A stretch of DNA of 64,000 nucleotides from Vitrella brassicaformis CCMP3155 (lineage: Eukaryota; Protista; Chromerida): positions 186,001 to 250,000 of the forward strand of contig CDMY01000395.1 in assembly GCA_001179505.1 (NCBI GenBank). The letters run 5' to 3'. The translations under genes were made by a program, and so were the position numbers. The notes beneath the pieces were generated by a model. The model was not told the origin of the DNA. It made no database searches and was given only the letters and a program-made list of their open reading frames with translations. Each line of letters opens with the position of its first letter. The stretch's first letter is position 1. This document shows positions 10,866 to 24,100 of this stretch, piece by piece.

Positions 10866-12110
10866 GTGAGGAAAGAAGAAGGGAAACTGTCATTAACCGT
10901 AACACTCGTCTGTGTGTCCGTGATACTCATACAAATACAGTCCCATCAGCACGCAGAGTCAAACAGGCTCAAGGGGAGGAGGGATCAATCCCCGCCCCAT
11001 CAGCACACCCCAGTCCCGCAAACCCTCCCCTCCCTCCCCCACGCAGACAGAAGCTAGTCGCACGCGCGAGGGCGATAGACAAGCGAGAGCGAATCCATCC
11101 AGACACATGACTGAACCCCCGACCCTTCCACCCCTCCTTCTCCAACAGCGCATGAGCCATGTGGGCGATGAACACGTTGGCATCGTGTCCCCACACACCG
11201 TCACACGTCACCACCAGAGGGCAGAAGGTCACGCGGGAGTCGCAGACGGCCGAGCGGTATTTCTTCTTCTTGGCGGTCTCGTGCTGCTTCAGGATGGACT
11301 TGGTCGATCGGTTCTTGGAAGCGTAAGACGTTGCGTCAGGATCCGTAATACAGATGTCAAACGACGCAGCCGCCTGCCGCTCCCACACGCCCCGAGCGAC
11401 GATGTCCGCCCTGACCCCACCCTCCCCCTCCTCTCCCTCCTTCAACACCACCTCCCGACGCACACCAGCGTCCCCCCACGCCATCCCAATCAGCTCGGCA
11501 AAAGTGTCCCGCAGCTCGTCGTGGCGACGAATCACCAGGCCGTACCGCTTGCAGCACAGCGCATGGTCGACGGTGAGGGGCTGGTTGCAGTGGTCGCAGC
11601 GTGCAGCGAGGCCGGGGGGGTGACGGCCGTAACGCATGTTGAGGGCATCTCGAAACTCCGCAGCATCAAGACCAGTGTTGTTGTCTGTCGACGGGAGGGT
11701 GGTCAGCCAGCCGGACGTCTTGTACTCGGCGCTGCGGGAGAGGACGCGATGGCGCCGGCGGTCGATGTGCGGCAGGGCGGCCTCCCTCTTGGTCTTGTGG
11801 GCGACGTCCTGCTGCTGCTTGCTCCGGGTGAGGGCGTGGCGGATGGTGGCACGATGGTCGCCAGGGTGGAACGGAGCCTTGCCTTGGACGGACTTGGAGA
11901 CCACCTTGGTGCTCGCGCGGGAAGCGGGGTAGGCGGCTGCGGCACGGTCGAGAGGGTCACGTATGCCGGTGCCGCCATGCCGGGCAGGCAGCAGCATCAG
12001 GTCGACCTCGGACGGCGTCACAGGGCCGCCGAGGAGGGCCGGTAGCAGCTCCTTGGCGATGGCCTCGCGGAGGGGGCTGAGAGCGCACTCGTCGGTGAGC
12101 ACGACACGAA
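10866..12110 (-). mobile_element. 5'-truncated non-LTR retrotransposon of the restriction-like endonuclease (RLE) group, CRE-like
   Basis: ORF 10969-12186(-) contains the post-RT thumb region (LLPALLGG...LLPARHGGTGI), a CCHC knuckle (CDHCNQPLTVDHALCC), the RHD motif (RRHDELRD) and RLE motifs (RADI...FDI...KKKKY). It has no RT catalytic core and no introns. The 3' UTR runs into the gap. Confidence 0.85.
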
Positions 12111-12187
12111 ACCCTAAATCGCCGATTGCATGCATGCACCGTGCGTCTTCCACGCCCCCAGCCCACCGGTTCTTCGTTGCAGCCAAT

Positions 12188-15100
12188 ATGTGGCTCTTGC
12201 TACTGTTACTCCTCCTGCTGGGGTCACAGCACGAGACCTCAGATCACCCCAAGAGGCGGTCACGGCACGTTGACCTCTTCAACGCTCCACCAAGAAGAGA
12301 AGACCGACGCACAGCTGCCGTGCTCGACAACAAGAACACCACGGCGGAGAAGACGGCGAATGCCACTTTGCAAAGTGGGCTGCAGCGCCCTTTCCCATCT
12401 GCAGCGATGGTCAATGTCACCGGCAGTCACAGTTTCAACGCTTCAAGAGGAAGATTCGCTTTTGACCGAACGGGACGATCGTCATCCAAGAGAAGAAAGC
12501 AGCAGAGGATGAAAGCAAAGAAGATGGCGGTCAAACATGGCAGATCTGGTGCGCTGAGCAGGAACAACGCAACGCGTTGTGCAGTGAGAGCACGGGTCTG
12601 TTTCCTGCGCTGAGTTTCAGTTCTGTCATCGATGGACTTGTCAAATGCTCTTCACGAGCTCGAAGGCCACACGGTTGCAGGTAAAGACATGAGCACGGCG
12701 GTTGCCCTTCACTCGTGTCCCACCTTTTCAGGCGATAGCGCTTCCGCTGGCCCTCCGTATCCTGACAACACCCTTTCAACGTACCTGTTCAATTCCCGGG
12801 GAGGTCGCTCCAACTGGCTGAACCTGCTGGCCCGTGTGCGCTCGCTTCCACGGCCTCTCCTTCTCTTTCACGCGCTGCGCGCATGGGGAAGCCCGTATGT
12901 CCATCAATCTGTCGATAAAGTGGTAGGTGCACAAGCAGCAAACACGGAGGTGAGCGGCAGCCGCCCGATTCTGTTTGTGCACTTCGCTTCAGGAACTGTA
13001 CAACTTGTTACGTGCCTTTCTGCCTGACTGCGAGAGTCAAGTCGATGTTCTCGAGGGACTGCTGCTTGCTGGGGTGAGTCTTAAAGACGGCAGTATGCTC
13101 TTCTCCCAGGAGATGGCCAGCCGTGCTGTCCTTCCCTCCTGTTTGTCAGGCAAAAGAGGAGAATTGTCCATGGAAGGATTCCGCGTCTGTCGAGGGCCTT
13201 CACCTGCACGACCTTAGCTACGAGACATACATGGGATGTTGGGAGGCAACGAAAGAGTCTCAATGCTGTAAACAACAGGAGGCACGGCTTTGAGGGCAAC
13301 GTGTGCAGGCATGCGCTTGTTTGTCAGTTTGTTCGATGCGTCGCGTGGAGGAAGCTTTGAATCGCTTTCCCGAAGCGGAGTTCCTGTACAACTGCATCGT
13401 GCTGCAGCCACGATGGTCGACTGTTCTATCGATCGCAAGCCTGCAGGAAGAGATCTGCACCACTCTGGACCTCATACGCACTGGCAAGCTGGGGGCGGAG
13501 GCTCACAAAGCCGCAACCTTCCTGCAGCTAGAATACATCAACAATCGCACCTCTGCTGTGCTGAAATCGCAACAAATCTCTGAGCTTCGAACAATAGAAG
13601 CTCAAGGGTCGCTGGAAGGGAGAATGATGTGCGTACGCGTGTCAATGAGTCAGGATATTTTTGAATATCCCGATGCTTCTGAGAGAGCCCTTTTGCGTCT
13701 TGAGCAACAAATAAAAATCCCAAACATGATCAAGAAAGAGGTGAGAAGGTGACACAGGCCAAGACACTGTCGATGGCATGCTTTTGTGTGTCATCAGCAA
13801 TTCTTTTCATTTTTTCTGAAGCTGATGCCCTACCGACGAATCACATATCCATCCAATCACTGCAGCTTCATCGAGCACGCATCCGCTGAAGACTCCTCCC
13901 TCTCAATTCACCGGTCCGCCAAGCGGCCGCCGAAGCGTCGTGTGCTGAAGCCACGGGAGAGTCAGCGGTCGCCGCACAGCGGTCTGAGACACCTGCCGCC
14001 TGAGGAGCAGGCGAGAATGGTGGTGTGGCGCCTCAGCCAAAGGGAATATATCTACGATGCCTGGGTCTACCTTGTCTCTGGGGTGCGCATGATATGAAAA
14101 ACGTTGCAGAGACACAGGGAGGAGTCAATTGCATGCGTCCGCAGGGCGAAGAGGGTGTGACCCGCAAGTCCTTCTGCCACGCTGTTCATGGGGTGCGCAC
14201 GTCCCCTGACAAGTGCTTCTAGTCGGTGGAGATCGGCCCGCTTTTCGACGAAGACGAGGACTACTTCACCTTCGGCAATGACCCATGCAAGAAGATCAAA
14301 CCAAGTAAATGACGGACTGAATGCAATCTCAATTGTCTGAGCTTCGATGGGTGTTGCTTGTATGCACTGCTATGCAGTGGAATGTAAGGACGACGCGATG
14401 ATCAAAGCTTGTGGCGGCAATGGCCTCGAGATTGGCCGCCCTTGGGGCAAATGCCGCCTCCTTGATGCAGAGACCAAAGTAAGAGCACCTTGATGGCGAT
14501 GAGCTGCTTCCGTCCCTACAATGCATTTGGTATCTGTGTCAGGAGTATAGGTGCAGGTGCAAGGAGGATGAGGGGTTTGAAGAGCGATCCAATAAAGATG
14601 GCAAGTCAGAATGTGTCGGTGAGTACTGCTTGCACAATGGACGACACTCAGTCTCACCGAACGAATGTCTCTCCTTCAGCTCCCTGTGAAGGCATGGGCC
14701 ACCGTCTGTGTGGCGCCCACATTGACCCAAGTCCTGGCACGTGTAACGAAGAGACAGAGGAGGAGGACATCGCGCACTTAGGGCACTACACCTGCAAGTG
14801 CGATCCGAAGAGGGCTGTCGACGGATGGGACGATCTAAGCAACACACCAACATGCGACAGTAGACACGCGATGATCCACACTTGGGTTGTGTCTCATATA
14901 CACGATTGTCTGTTGGGCAGAGAAGAAGGAGTGTGGTCGCAATGAGGATCGGGTAGAGGGTGAGAAGTATGGCGCATGTCGTGGCCCCGCACTCGTAGAC
15001 CACTACTATCGAGGGCAATGCTGGCGCCTAGACAGATTTGCCCCCGGCGTAAGCACATAGAGCATGACACGCACAAGATTGCACGCACCAACATGGATGG

Positions 15101-18100
15101 GTATACGAATGCAGGAATATGACTGTGACTGCTATGAGGACAAGCACTACAGGGTCCTCTACAAGAAATCAGACGAGGCCAAAAACGCCACGAACCCTGG
15201 AGAGATGAAGCAGAAGGCCTTCTGTGCAGGCAAGTCGACGGAAACATGTCCCCGCCAGCATGCAATTTCTCATTGTGTCGCCCATTTGCAGCTGATTGCG
15301 AGGCGCTTGGCAATGCAATGTGCGGCGTTCATGAGACACCGCCACATGGATGCACTGACGATGATAAGACCCTTGAGCAGTCCGCGGTGCACGCATATAG
15401 ATGCCCTGATTGCGACACCACCGAGATATACGAGGCAACACGAACTGAATTCTGCCCACGTGAGACACAGGCTGCTCACGTTCGTCAGCTAGGATGGGCG
15501 AAAATGCTTCATGCATGTGCTCGCGATTCATTCGTGTGACCGTGAACGGGCATGTGCGACCCACAGGAGAGTGCTCTGATGAGGAAAGCCATCGCTGGTG
15601 TGGCGGCCCACAGGAAGCGGAGCTCTCTTGGGGCACATGTATTGCAGACCCCCTCATCCACGGCAAGTACGAATGCAGACCCAGCGACGGGTTTGTTGCA
15701 GTCGAAGCTGACGCCCTCAAGCTGAAGAGGGGCTACGAGGAGCTCTTTGAAGAGGGGCTTGAGCAGTCAGCTGTCGTTGGTCGTAGCTATGAGTACAAGA
15801 GCAAGGCTGAGCATGCGGCGGGAGCAACCTCTGAAGAGGAAAAGGAGCATAAAGGGGTCACCCCTGGATACGTCGGCAACATGACTATCCCCTCGGCGAA
15901 GGAAGGGCCCAGCTTTAAACAGTTCTCTCAAGGTATGAATGAGCCAGCCAAGAGCCCTTCTACAACGGTTGCCTTCTTGTCCTCTGCTGTCCATCAGCTC
16001 GATGCCCGAAATTGGGCGATTCGCTATGTCAAGGGCAGAAGCCACCCGCGACCGTCAGCGACGAAGATGCACTTGGGTGGTGTGAGCCTTTGCACACCCG
16101 GGATTTCACATCACCGGTCGGCTATAAATGCCACTGCGATCCAAAGAAAGCTAGGCCACGGCTAAATACCGAGTATCACCTGCCGACGTGTGCTGGTGAG
16201 CGTCGCATTGATTTCGAGAAGTAAGTGTTTTTGGACAGTGTGCCTCTGTCTTATTTCGCACAGGCAAGTTTGCCTGCGGCGCGGATGAAAGCAGAGTGTG
16301 TGAAGGACCAGCACCCTCAGAGTGGATGGACAATACAGGCGCGGCACATGCTGGAAAATGCCTGATTTCGAGGCCGGGGTGACGATAAATACGGAGAATG
16401 CTCCAACCACTGCAGTCATTGTTCACTATTTCTGCCAGGAATATGAGTGCGATTGTCTCGTCGATAAACACTATCTCCCCTTATCGGAGGATAAAGCAGC
16501 AATCACAGGACAGGAATCGGGAGACGCAGCTGTCAGATACTGCGGAGGTGATTTGTTGACTTGCACGTACGTCCACCTGTCGTGTCTCTTCTGCTCTTTG
16601 CCTGGCCTTGCAGCCACCTGCGAAGCCCTTGGATTCGACATGTGTGGCGGACCGAAGCGACATGACAACCCTTTCCAGAAGCGAGGAGAGTGCATAGCAA
16701 ATGATGAGTCATACGGGTCGACTCCTTCAGTGTCATACACTTGTGATTGCACCGGTGCGAAAAGTGGAATCGCTCTCCGCACACCCCAGGTGCATCCACA
16801 TTCAAAGACACCATACTGTAAGCCGATGTGAGAGGTGCGAAGCTGCTGGCCTCTGTCATTCTGTCATGTCTCTGATTGACTTGTAGGCCAAGGCGCCGGA
16901 TGTAAGCTGTACATAAATGTGGTGATCCCGTAGAGGATATTAGCAACTTGATGTCTCCCCTCTGCATTACTGTCAGTCGCTTGCACCGACGTGGCTCGTC
17001 TCAATTGTCGCGGACACCACTCGGAGTTCTTCAGGGGGGAATGCCTATTAGATCCTGTCGATGAGAGGCAGCACACGTGTGATTGCAACTACCATCGACC
17101 TGGGTCCAGCTTATTTACAGACAGACACGGCGACAAATGCATCGGTAAGATGTCGCTGGTGTCTGTCATTGCGGCATGGATCTCTCTCATTCCGTACTTC
17201 GCTGGCAATGTGATCAATGTCAGGCACCTGCGAGAAGCTGGGCAGCTTCCTTTGTTCCGGCAAGGACGAGTTCATCGAGCTAGAGGGAGATGCGTATGAA
17301 CAGAAGATGCAACAATATCGCAACGAGATAGAGCATGGTTCACCCATCGATGAGAAGCTTCATTGATTGGTCCAGCCCTGCATGAGAAAGTAGGCGGATT
17401 GTTGCTTACAGGCACTTGTATCGAGCATGGCGTCAAGGACGGTGAATACAAAGGCGACTACAGCTGCGGCTGCAAGGAGGAAAAGGCTGACCTTGCTGTC
17501 CATCCAAAGACAATGACTCAAATGTGCCTAGGTAAGAATCAGGCAGTAAAGGTGCAATGCCCGGCCGGCGCTTACGCTCGACTTGTCTGTTTCTGCTGCA
17601 GCCAAGGACTTTGACGGCTGCGATGACACGAAAAACGATCGAGCCTGCATAGGGCCTCCTGGCGTCACAGAGCAATACGAGCGGGGGAAATGCTATGTGC
17701 TCAAGACTTTTCGCCCAGGTGTACACTCGCAGCACTACATATACTGTCCTTGACTCTGCTCCACTGCTCTTCAGGAATACAAGTGCTATGCCTGGCCCGG
17801 CAAAGCGCTAAATAATGCGAGGTATCCAGTGGAGCTGACCAGCGGCGAGCACAACAAAAAGGAGATATGCGTCGGTAAGACGGATGACTCAATCCTTGTC
17901 ACCCCATTGATCAACACAGCGTGTGTCTCTGTCCTTTTGTTCCCTTGTGTGCGCAGCGAACTGTGCTGCCCTTGGAAGCATTATGTGCAGAGGCCCCACT
18001 TTGGACAAACCGAGGGGCACCTGCCATCAGAGCAAGCAGGAGCTGCACAAGCCTCCTCTCCGCGCCTATACTTGCACCTGCAGCCATAGATATGCCCTGG

Positions 18101-21100
18101 AAGAGCCGCAGATGCATCCAAGTGCCAAGACGCAGTATTGTCGCGGCGCTGCAGAGTCGTGTGATGCGGATGGCATCAAGATGTGCAGAGGCGAAAGGAA
18201 CGACGCATTTCATAGAGGCATGCAACTAGCAAACAGACAAAATACACTTGTCATTTGGGTGAGTCTCGTTCTGTAACTTACTTGCCCAGGCGAGTGTCTG
18301 CTTGCGGAGAATGAATTGAATGATGTTCTGAGAGAGATTCATGGCCGAGACTTTGACAACTTCGACAAGACGAACTTCGATTACCTTTTGATGGACCCGC
18401 AGCCGTATGACTGTGCCTGCAAGGCAGAATTCGGCTTCGTCCCTCACCCTGAAAGCACCAAGCAGAAATGCATCGGTCTGTAAAGACTTCGCCACACCAC
18501 ACATTTCTGTTGAGTGATTGTGTGTTACAGGAAAGTGTTCCTACCTTGGCTATCATCTGTGTGCTGGCGAAGAGCTCCATCGAAGTGGTGGCAAGATGGT
18601 TCCCTTCCGGGCTGATAAGCCAGACAAGGAGACGACAATCGACAAGTACGGCGCTTGCATCGATGACGAGAGCACAGAGGGAGGCGACTACCGCTGCAAA
18701 TGCGTCGACCGTTACACGATCCCGGCCGAGAATCGGTACACACGTACACAATCGTGCCGGCGCAAGCGGATGGGATGTGTGGGACTTGGAGACATTCCAT
18801 TGAGGGCATGTCATGGGCCTTCCGACAGTCCAGCTTTCAGGAGAGGCGAGTGCTGGCAGTCAAGTGAAAGCGAGGTGCGAACAACCGATGAAGCAAGCAA
18901 ACATAATGACCACTTACTCTTTTCTATCCCTATAGCCATACAGCTGCAACTGTTACGAAGAATCATTCAACAAGCTGATTCTCACACCCCCTGCCGACCA
19001 AATCGTCTGCGCAGGTGACGGTCATCGATCAGCCTTTCAAGTTGTATGATGCCTCATACAACCGTCTGTGTTTCTGCAGCGACTTGCGAGTCGCTTGGAA
19101 ATTTAATGTGTGGAGTCGAAAAGGGATTTGGCAAGTGTGAAGGAAACTTTGGGAACAGCATATATGACGAATTGATGGCTATGCCTCCCGCGTACGCTTA
19201 CAAGTGTCGGTGCGATCGTGAAAAGGCGGAGGATGTCAGAATTCACCAAATCGCCAAGACAGAGTTTTGTTAAGGTTGGAGACACCACCCCGGCCAGAAT
19301 TATCATACATCCTGTCATCGCTTGTGTGTCCTGTCTGTTAGGCTTCTGTCTGAATCCTACCTTACGGGCATCATGTCAGGGCCCCCACAGTCCCCTTCTT
19401 GAAGTCGAGGAAACGCCAGAGTCAAAAAGCGACCTTATGCTATTCGGCGAATGCATCGAGTCGCCATCAGTCAACGACGTCAAAGAGGCTCAAAAACAAT
19501 GCGAATGTAAGGACGGCTTCAAGGCTATCACTGCGACGATCGAGGGGAAAGAGCGACAGATATGTGCCGGTAAATCAACTCTGCCGCTCACAAACAACAA
19601 GCCAGCTCCCGAGACTCGCCGAATGTGTTTCATGTTCAGCGACATGCGACGACAATGGTCAAGGGATCGGCAAGAAACTCTGTGCCGGTGGTACGACAGA
19701 TCGCATGCCGAAGAATCCGATTGGTATATATTGACAGAAGTGGTTAAGCTCACTTGATTGCGTACTGGCCTTCTCTATGTAGCAAGTGCATCCCTCATTC
19801 GGGCGAGAACTTACGAAGTCCCTATGCCAATTACGACTGCCAATGTGACGATCCCGACAACTATGGCTTTCATGAACACTACAATTTGCCTCTCTGCCGC
19901 GGTACATGTACACGTCTCATTAGGGACAGCTCATATCCTCCTTGCGAACCATGTTGCAGAGAAGAGAAGCTGTGAGGAGACTCCGGATGGCCGCAGGTGG
20001 TGCGCCGGCCCATCACTAAAGCAAGCTGAGAACAAGTACAAGAAATACGTGCGGGGCCTCTGCTGGAGACACGAGAATTTTCAGAGCGAGGTGAGCGTAA
20101 AATGATGAATTACTCCATAGCTGCTCCTAATGAGGCCGTTTCCTTTTCGTGGTCAGCAATATGAGTGCACGTGCCAGCATCCATACAAGCGGCTGCTGTT
20201 TGACGGGGATAAAATCGTTGTTGGGGATAAATCATTGACCAATATCAACAATGGACTGAACTCCCGTTCTGCGCAGGTGCGCGGTCACAAGGAGTGTATC
20301 CATAGGGCAGCAAGCAGCCACCCTGACTGCGGGCTTGTATCTCATCTTGTGGCCTGCGTGTTGTCAGCGGACTGCGAGGCTCTCGGCAAGGACATGTGCG
20401 GTGGCAAGGAAGGCCGAAAGGGCACGTGCATTAAGGGCGACATCTCTACTGACGCAGGCGCCATCAGGGAGTCCCCCAGCCAGTCATATGATTGTAAGTG
20501 CGACACTGAGTATGCGCTGCCGACGCCCGAGACCCACCCAATCACGCAGACCCCCTTCTGTAGAGGCGCTGGAAGTGAGCAACGGCTCCACTCTCAATTG
20601 GCTCCATGTGTGTCTCAGCATGCTGTCTGTCTGTGCTCTATGCATATTGTAGAATCGTGTCCTGAGGCCCTGGAGCGGCCTTGCAGTGGAGAGAAAGCCG
20701 ACTACAGCAAATACCCGCGAGCCAAGAGAGGAAAGTGTGTGCTTGACGAATGGGACCTGGACCTCTCTCGCTGTGAGTGCAACGCAGACCTCGGCTACTT
20801 CCCTTCGACCAGCAATAAGAAATGCCTGGGTGAGCAGCCACCAAGTGTGAGGAAGAAATTCAGAGAGAAACAGCTCTTTGTTGCAGGCAAATGCAAGGGA
20901 CTCGGTGACTATCTCTGTGCGGGACTGGACATCATCACCGCCAGAGACCCGCACGCCGTCATGAACAAGCTGCCTGGAGGCCGCTCGAAACCGGAGATGC
21001 ACATCGGGACTTATCAGGATGAAGATGACGATGACTACCAGCGCACCTGCAAGAAGGACATCCCAGACCACTTAGGAGTTGTGATGGGGACACAACAAAC

Positions 21101-24100
21101 CATCAAGACACAGATGTGTCAGTGCGTGGAGGGTTTCCAACTGGGCATTGACAAGACCACCAGAGCACAGAAGTGTTTCGGTAGGCACAGATAGGAAACA
21201 CGGAGGGACGTAATGCATTGTATGCCGCTGCATTTGTCCATCTGTACTGTCCTGCAGTCACGTGCGATCCATACGGCAAGCGGCTGTGTGGGGGATCCAA
21301 ACAACATAACAAAGACAGAACACCAGGGAAAGCAGAGCTCGGTCAGCGCCGCTGAGCAGCTGATCAATGCTGTCGGTTCTGCGTATCTATGTGTCTGCAC
21401 CTGGTTGCCACACAGGGACGTGCAGCCATGGACCCGACGGCGATTACCAGTGCACCTGCCATGACAAGATTGCATTTCGAGACTTCTACACTGGGTTCAA
21501 GGGCCGAAAGCTGCACATGTGTCAGGCGCGATGCTCCGAGGAATATCAGAGAAACTGCGAGGGCCCTTTTAAGAAATGGGGTACATGTGACCAAATGGAC
21601 AACGAGAATGACGTAAGCCGTGTCGACCTGTCGCGGCCGGTCTTTGCTATGTCGCCGTTTTGCGTCTTCTCAGGCGTACACTTGTACTTGTGTCGGGGAG
21701 AAATTCAACGACAAGATTGTAAGAGGGACGAACGCCAAGAAGAAATCCGTCTGCCACGGTGATGGGAGGCAAGCAGGCAGGCAGCTGTGTCGTGCCAAGC
21801 GTTCAGCCGAGGCCGGCCTTGCTTTTGTGCTTTCTTTCTTAAGCGACGTGCGCGAGCCTCGGCAAGGAGCTGTGCCAGGAAGACGAAGACGGAGGTCTGG
21901 GCACCTGCCACGATGACACCCTCGACAAAGACGGCCATTACAGGTGCACGTGCAACGACAACATTGAGTCGGGCACGGATCCTTTCTATGGGACCCCGCT
22001 ATGCAAAAGTCAGGGAGCCCTCTTGATGCAACGTCCAAGCGGACTCATTTATCCTTCTTTCCTCTGTGCGTGCGATCGTGTCCAGAACCTCAAGATTGCG
22101 AGTCTGACGGCAAGCGATGGTGCGCCGGCCCGTCACTGCAACAGGACCGCGAAGAGTACAAGACGTACGTGCGGGGCAACTGCTTTCGATTTGAGGGCAG
22201 CAAGGAGGTGAGAGTGGAGACCATTGATGAGTCAACGACTTGCGTCTTGCATAACTCTGCCTGTCTGTCTTCGTAGGCGTACAAGTGCACCTGCAATGAC
22301 AGCTACAAGCAGCTCAAGTTCGTCAAGGACAGAAAAACACAAGACGGCTACTACCAGAAAGAGGGCCTTCCGTTCTGCGCAGGTGCGCGGTGACAAGGAG
22401 TGTCTCCAGTCACCATCACTGCCGGCTTGTATCTCATCTTGTGGCCTGCGTGTTGGTCAGCGGACTGCGAGGCTCTCGGCAAGGACATGTGCGGTGGCAA
22501 GGAAGGCCGAAAGGGCACGTGCATTAAGGGCGACAACTCTACTGACGCAGGCGCCATCAGGGAGTCCCCCAGCCAGTCATATGATTGTAAGTGCGCCACT
22601 GAGTATGCGCTGCCGACGCCCGAGACCCACCCAATCACGCAGACCCCCTTCTGTAGAGGCGCTGGAAGTGAGCAACGGCTCCACTCAATTGGCTCCATGT
22701 GTGTCTCAGCATGCTGTCTGTCTGTGCTCTATGTATGTTATAGAATCGTGTCCTGAGGCCCTGGAGCGGCCTTGCAGTGGAGAGAAAGCCGACTACAGCA
22801 AATACCCGCGAGCCAAGAGAGGAAAGTGTGTGCTTGACGAATGGGACCTGGACCTCTCTCGCTGTGAGTGCAACGCAGACCTCGGCTACTTCCCTTCGAC
22901 CAGCAATAAGAAATGCCTGAGTGAGCAGCCACCAAGTGTGAGGAAGAAAGTCAGAGAGAAACAGCTCTTTGTTGCAGGCCGCTGCAAGGGACTCGGTGAC
23001 TATCTCTGTGCGGAACTGGACATCATCGGCGCTGAAAATCCAAACGCCGTCATGAACAAGCTGCCTGGAGACCCACAGAAGCGCATCGGGTTTTGCGAGC
23101 CACGAGAGGACGATGACTACCTGTGCACATGCATAGCTCACACCAAGCCGGAGTACTCAGCGGTTACGACGGGGCACGGGGTAATTGGCTACATGCAGAT
23201 GTGTCAGTGCGTGGAGGGTTTCCAACTGGGCATTGACAAAACTGGAGACCAGAAATGCTTCGGTAGGCACAAACAGGGAAGGAAATAATGCATTGTATGC
23301 CGCTGCATTTGTCCATCTGTACTGTCCTGCAGTCACGTGCGATCCATACGGCAAGCGGCTGTGTGGGGGATCCAAACAACATAACAAAGACAGAACACCA
23401 GGGAAAGCAGAGCTCGGTCAGCGCCGCTGAGCAGCTGATCAATGCTGTCGGTTCTGCGTATCTATGTGTCTGCACCTGGTTGCCACACAGGGACGTGCAG
23501 CCATGGACCCGACGGCGATTACCAGTGCACCTGCCATGACAAGATTGCATTTCGAGACTTCNNNNNNNNNNNNNNNNNNNNNNNNNNNNNNNNNNNNNNN
23601 NNNNNNNNNNNNNNNNNNNNNNNNNNNNNNNNNNNNNNNNNNNNNNNNNNNNNNNNNNNNNNNNNNNNNNNNNNNNNNNNNNNNNNNNNNNNNNNNNNNN
23701 NNNNNNNNNNNNNNNNNNNNNNNNNNNNNNNNNNNNNNNNNNNNNNNNNNNNNNNNNNNNNNNNNNNNNNNNNNNNNNNNNNNNNNNNNNNNNNNNNNNN
23801 NNNNNNNNNNNNNNNNNNNNNNNNNNNNNNNNNNNNNNNNNNNNNNNNNNNNNNNNNNNNNGGAGGTCTGGGCACCTGCCACGATGACACCCTCGACAAA
23901 GACGGCCATTACAGGTGCACGTGCAACGACAACATTGAGTCGGGCACGGATCCTTTCTATGGGACCCCGCTATGCAAAAGTCAGGGAGCCCTCTTGATGC
24001 AACGTCCAAGCGGACTCATTTATCCTTCTTTCCTCTGTGCGTGCGATCGTGTCCAGAACCTCAAGATTGCGAGTCTGACGGCAAGCGATGGTGCGCCGGC

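Noticed and set aside
10479-11057. ORFs containing long X runs (also at 23.2-24.4, 50.6-51.7, 53.3-54.2 and 60.1-60.8 kb)
   Set aside because: Artefacts of translating through N gaps.
11107-12045. 312-aa plus-strand ORF
   Set aside because: Antisense shadow of the GC-rich retrotransposon ORF, with no motifs.
12109-12118. Telomere-like aaaccctaaa at the retroelement 5' junction
   Set aside because: A single unit is expected by chance in 64 kb, and no array is present.
19271-19273. Alternative genetic code (TAA/TAG as sense)
   Set aside because: Only one or two in-frame stops were seen, in a single gene. The conserved genes (SRP40, SMC3, spastin, ASST) read normally and end in standard stops.
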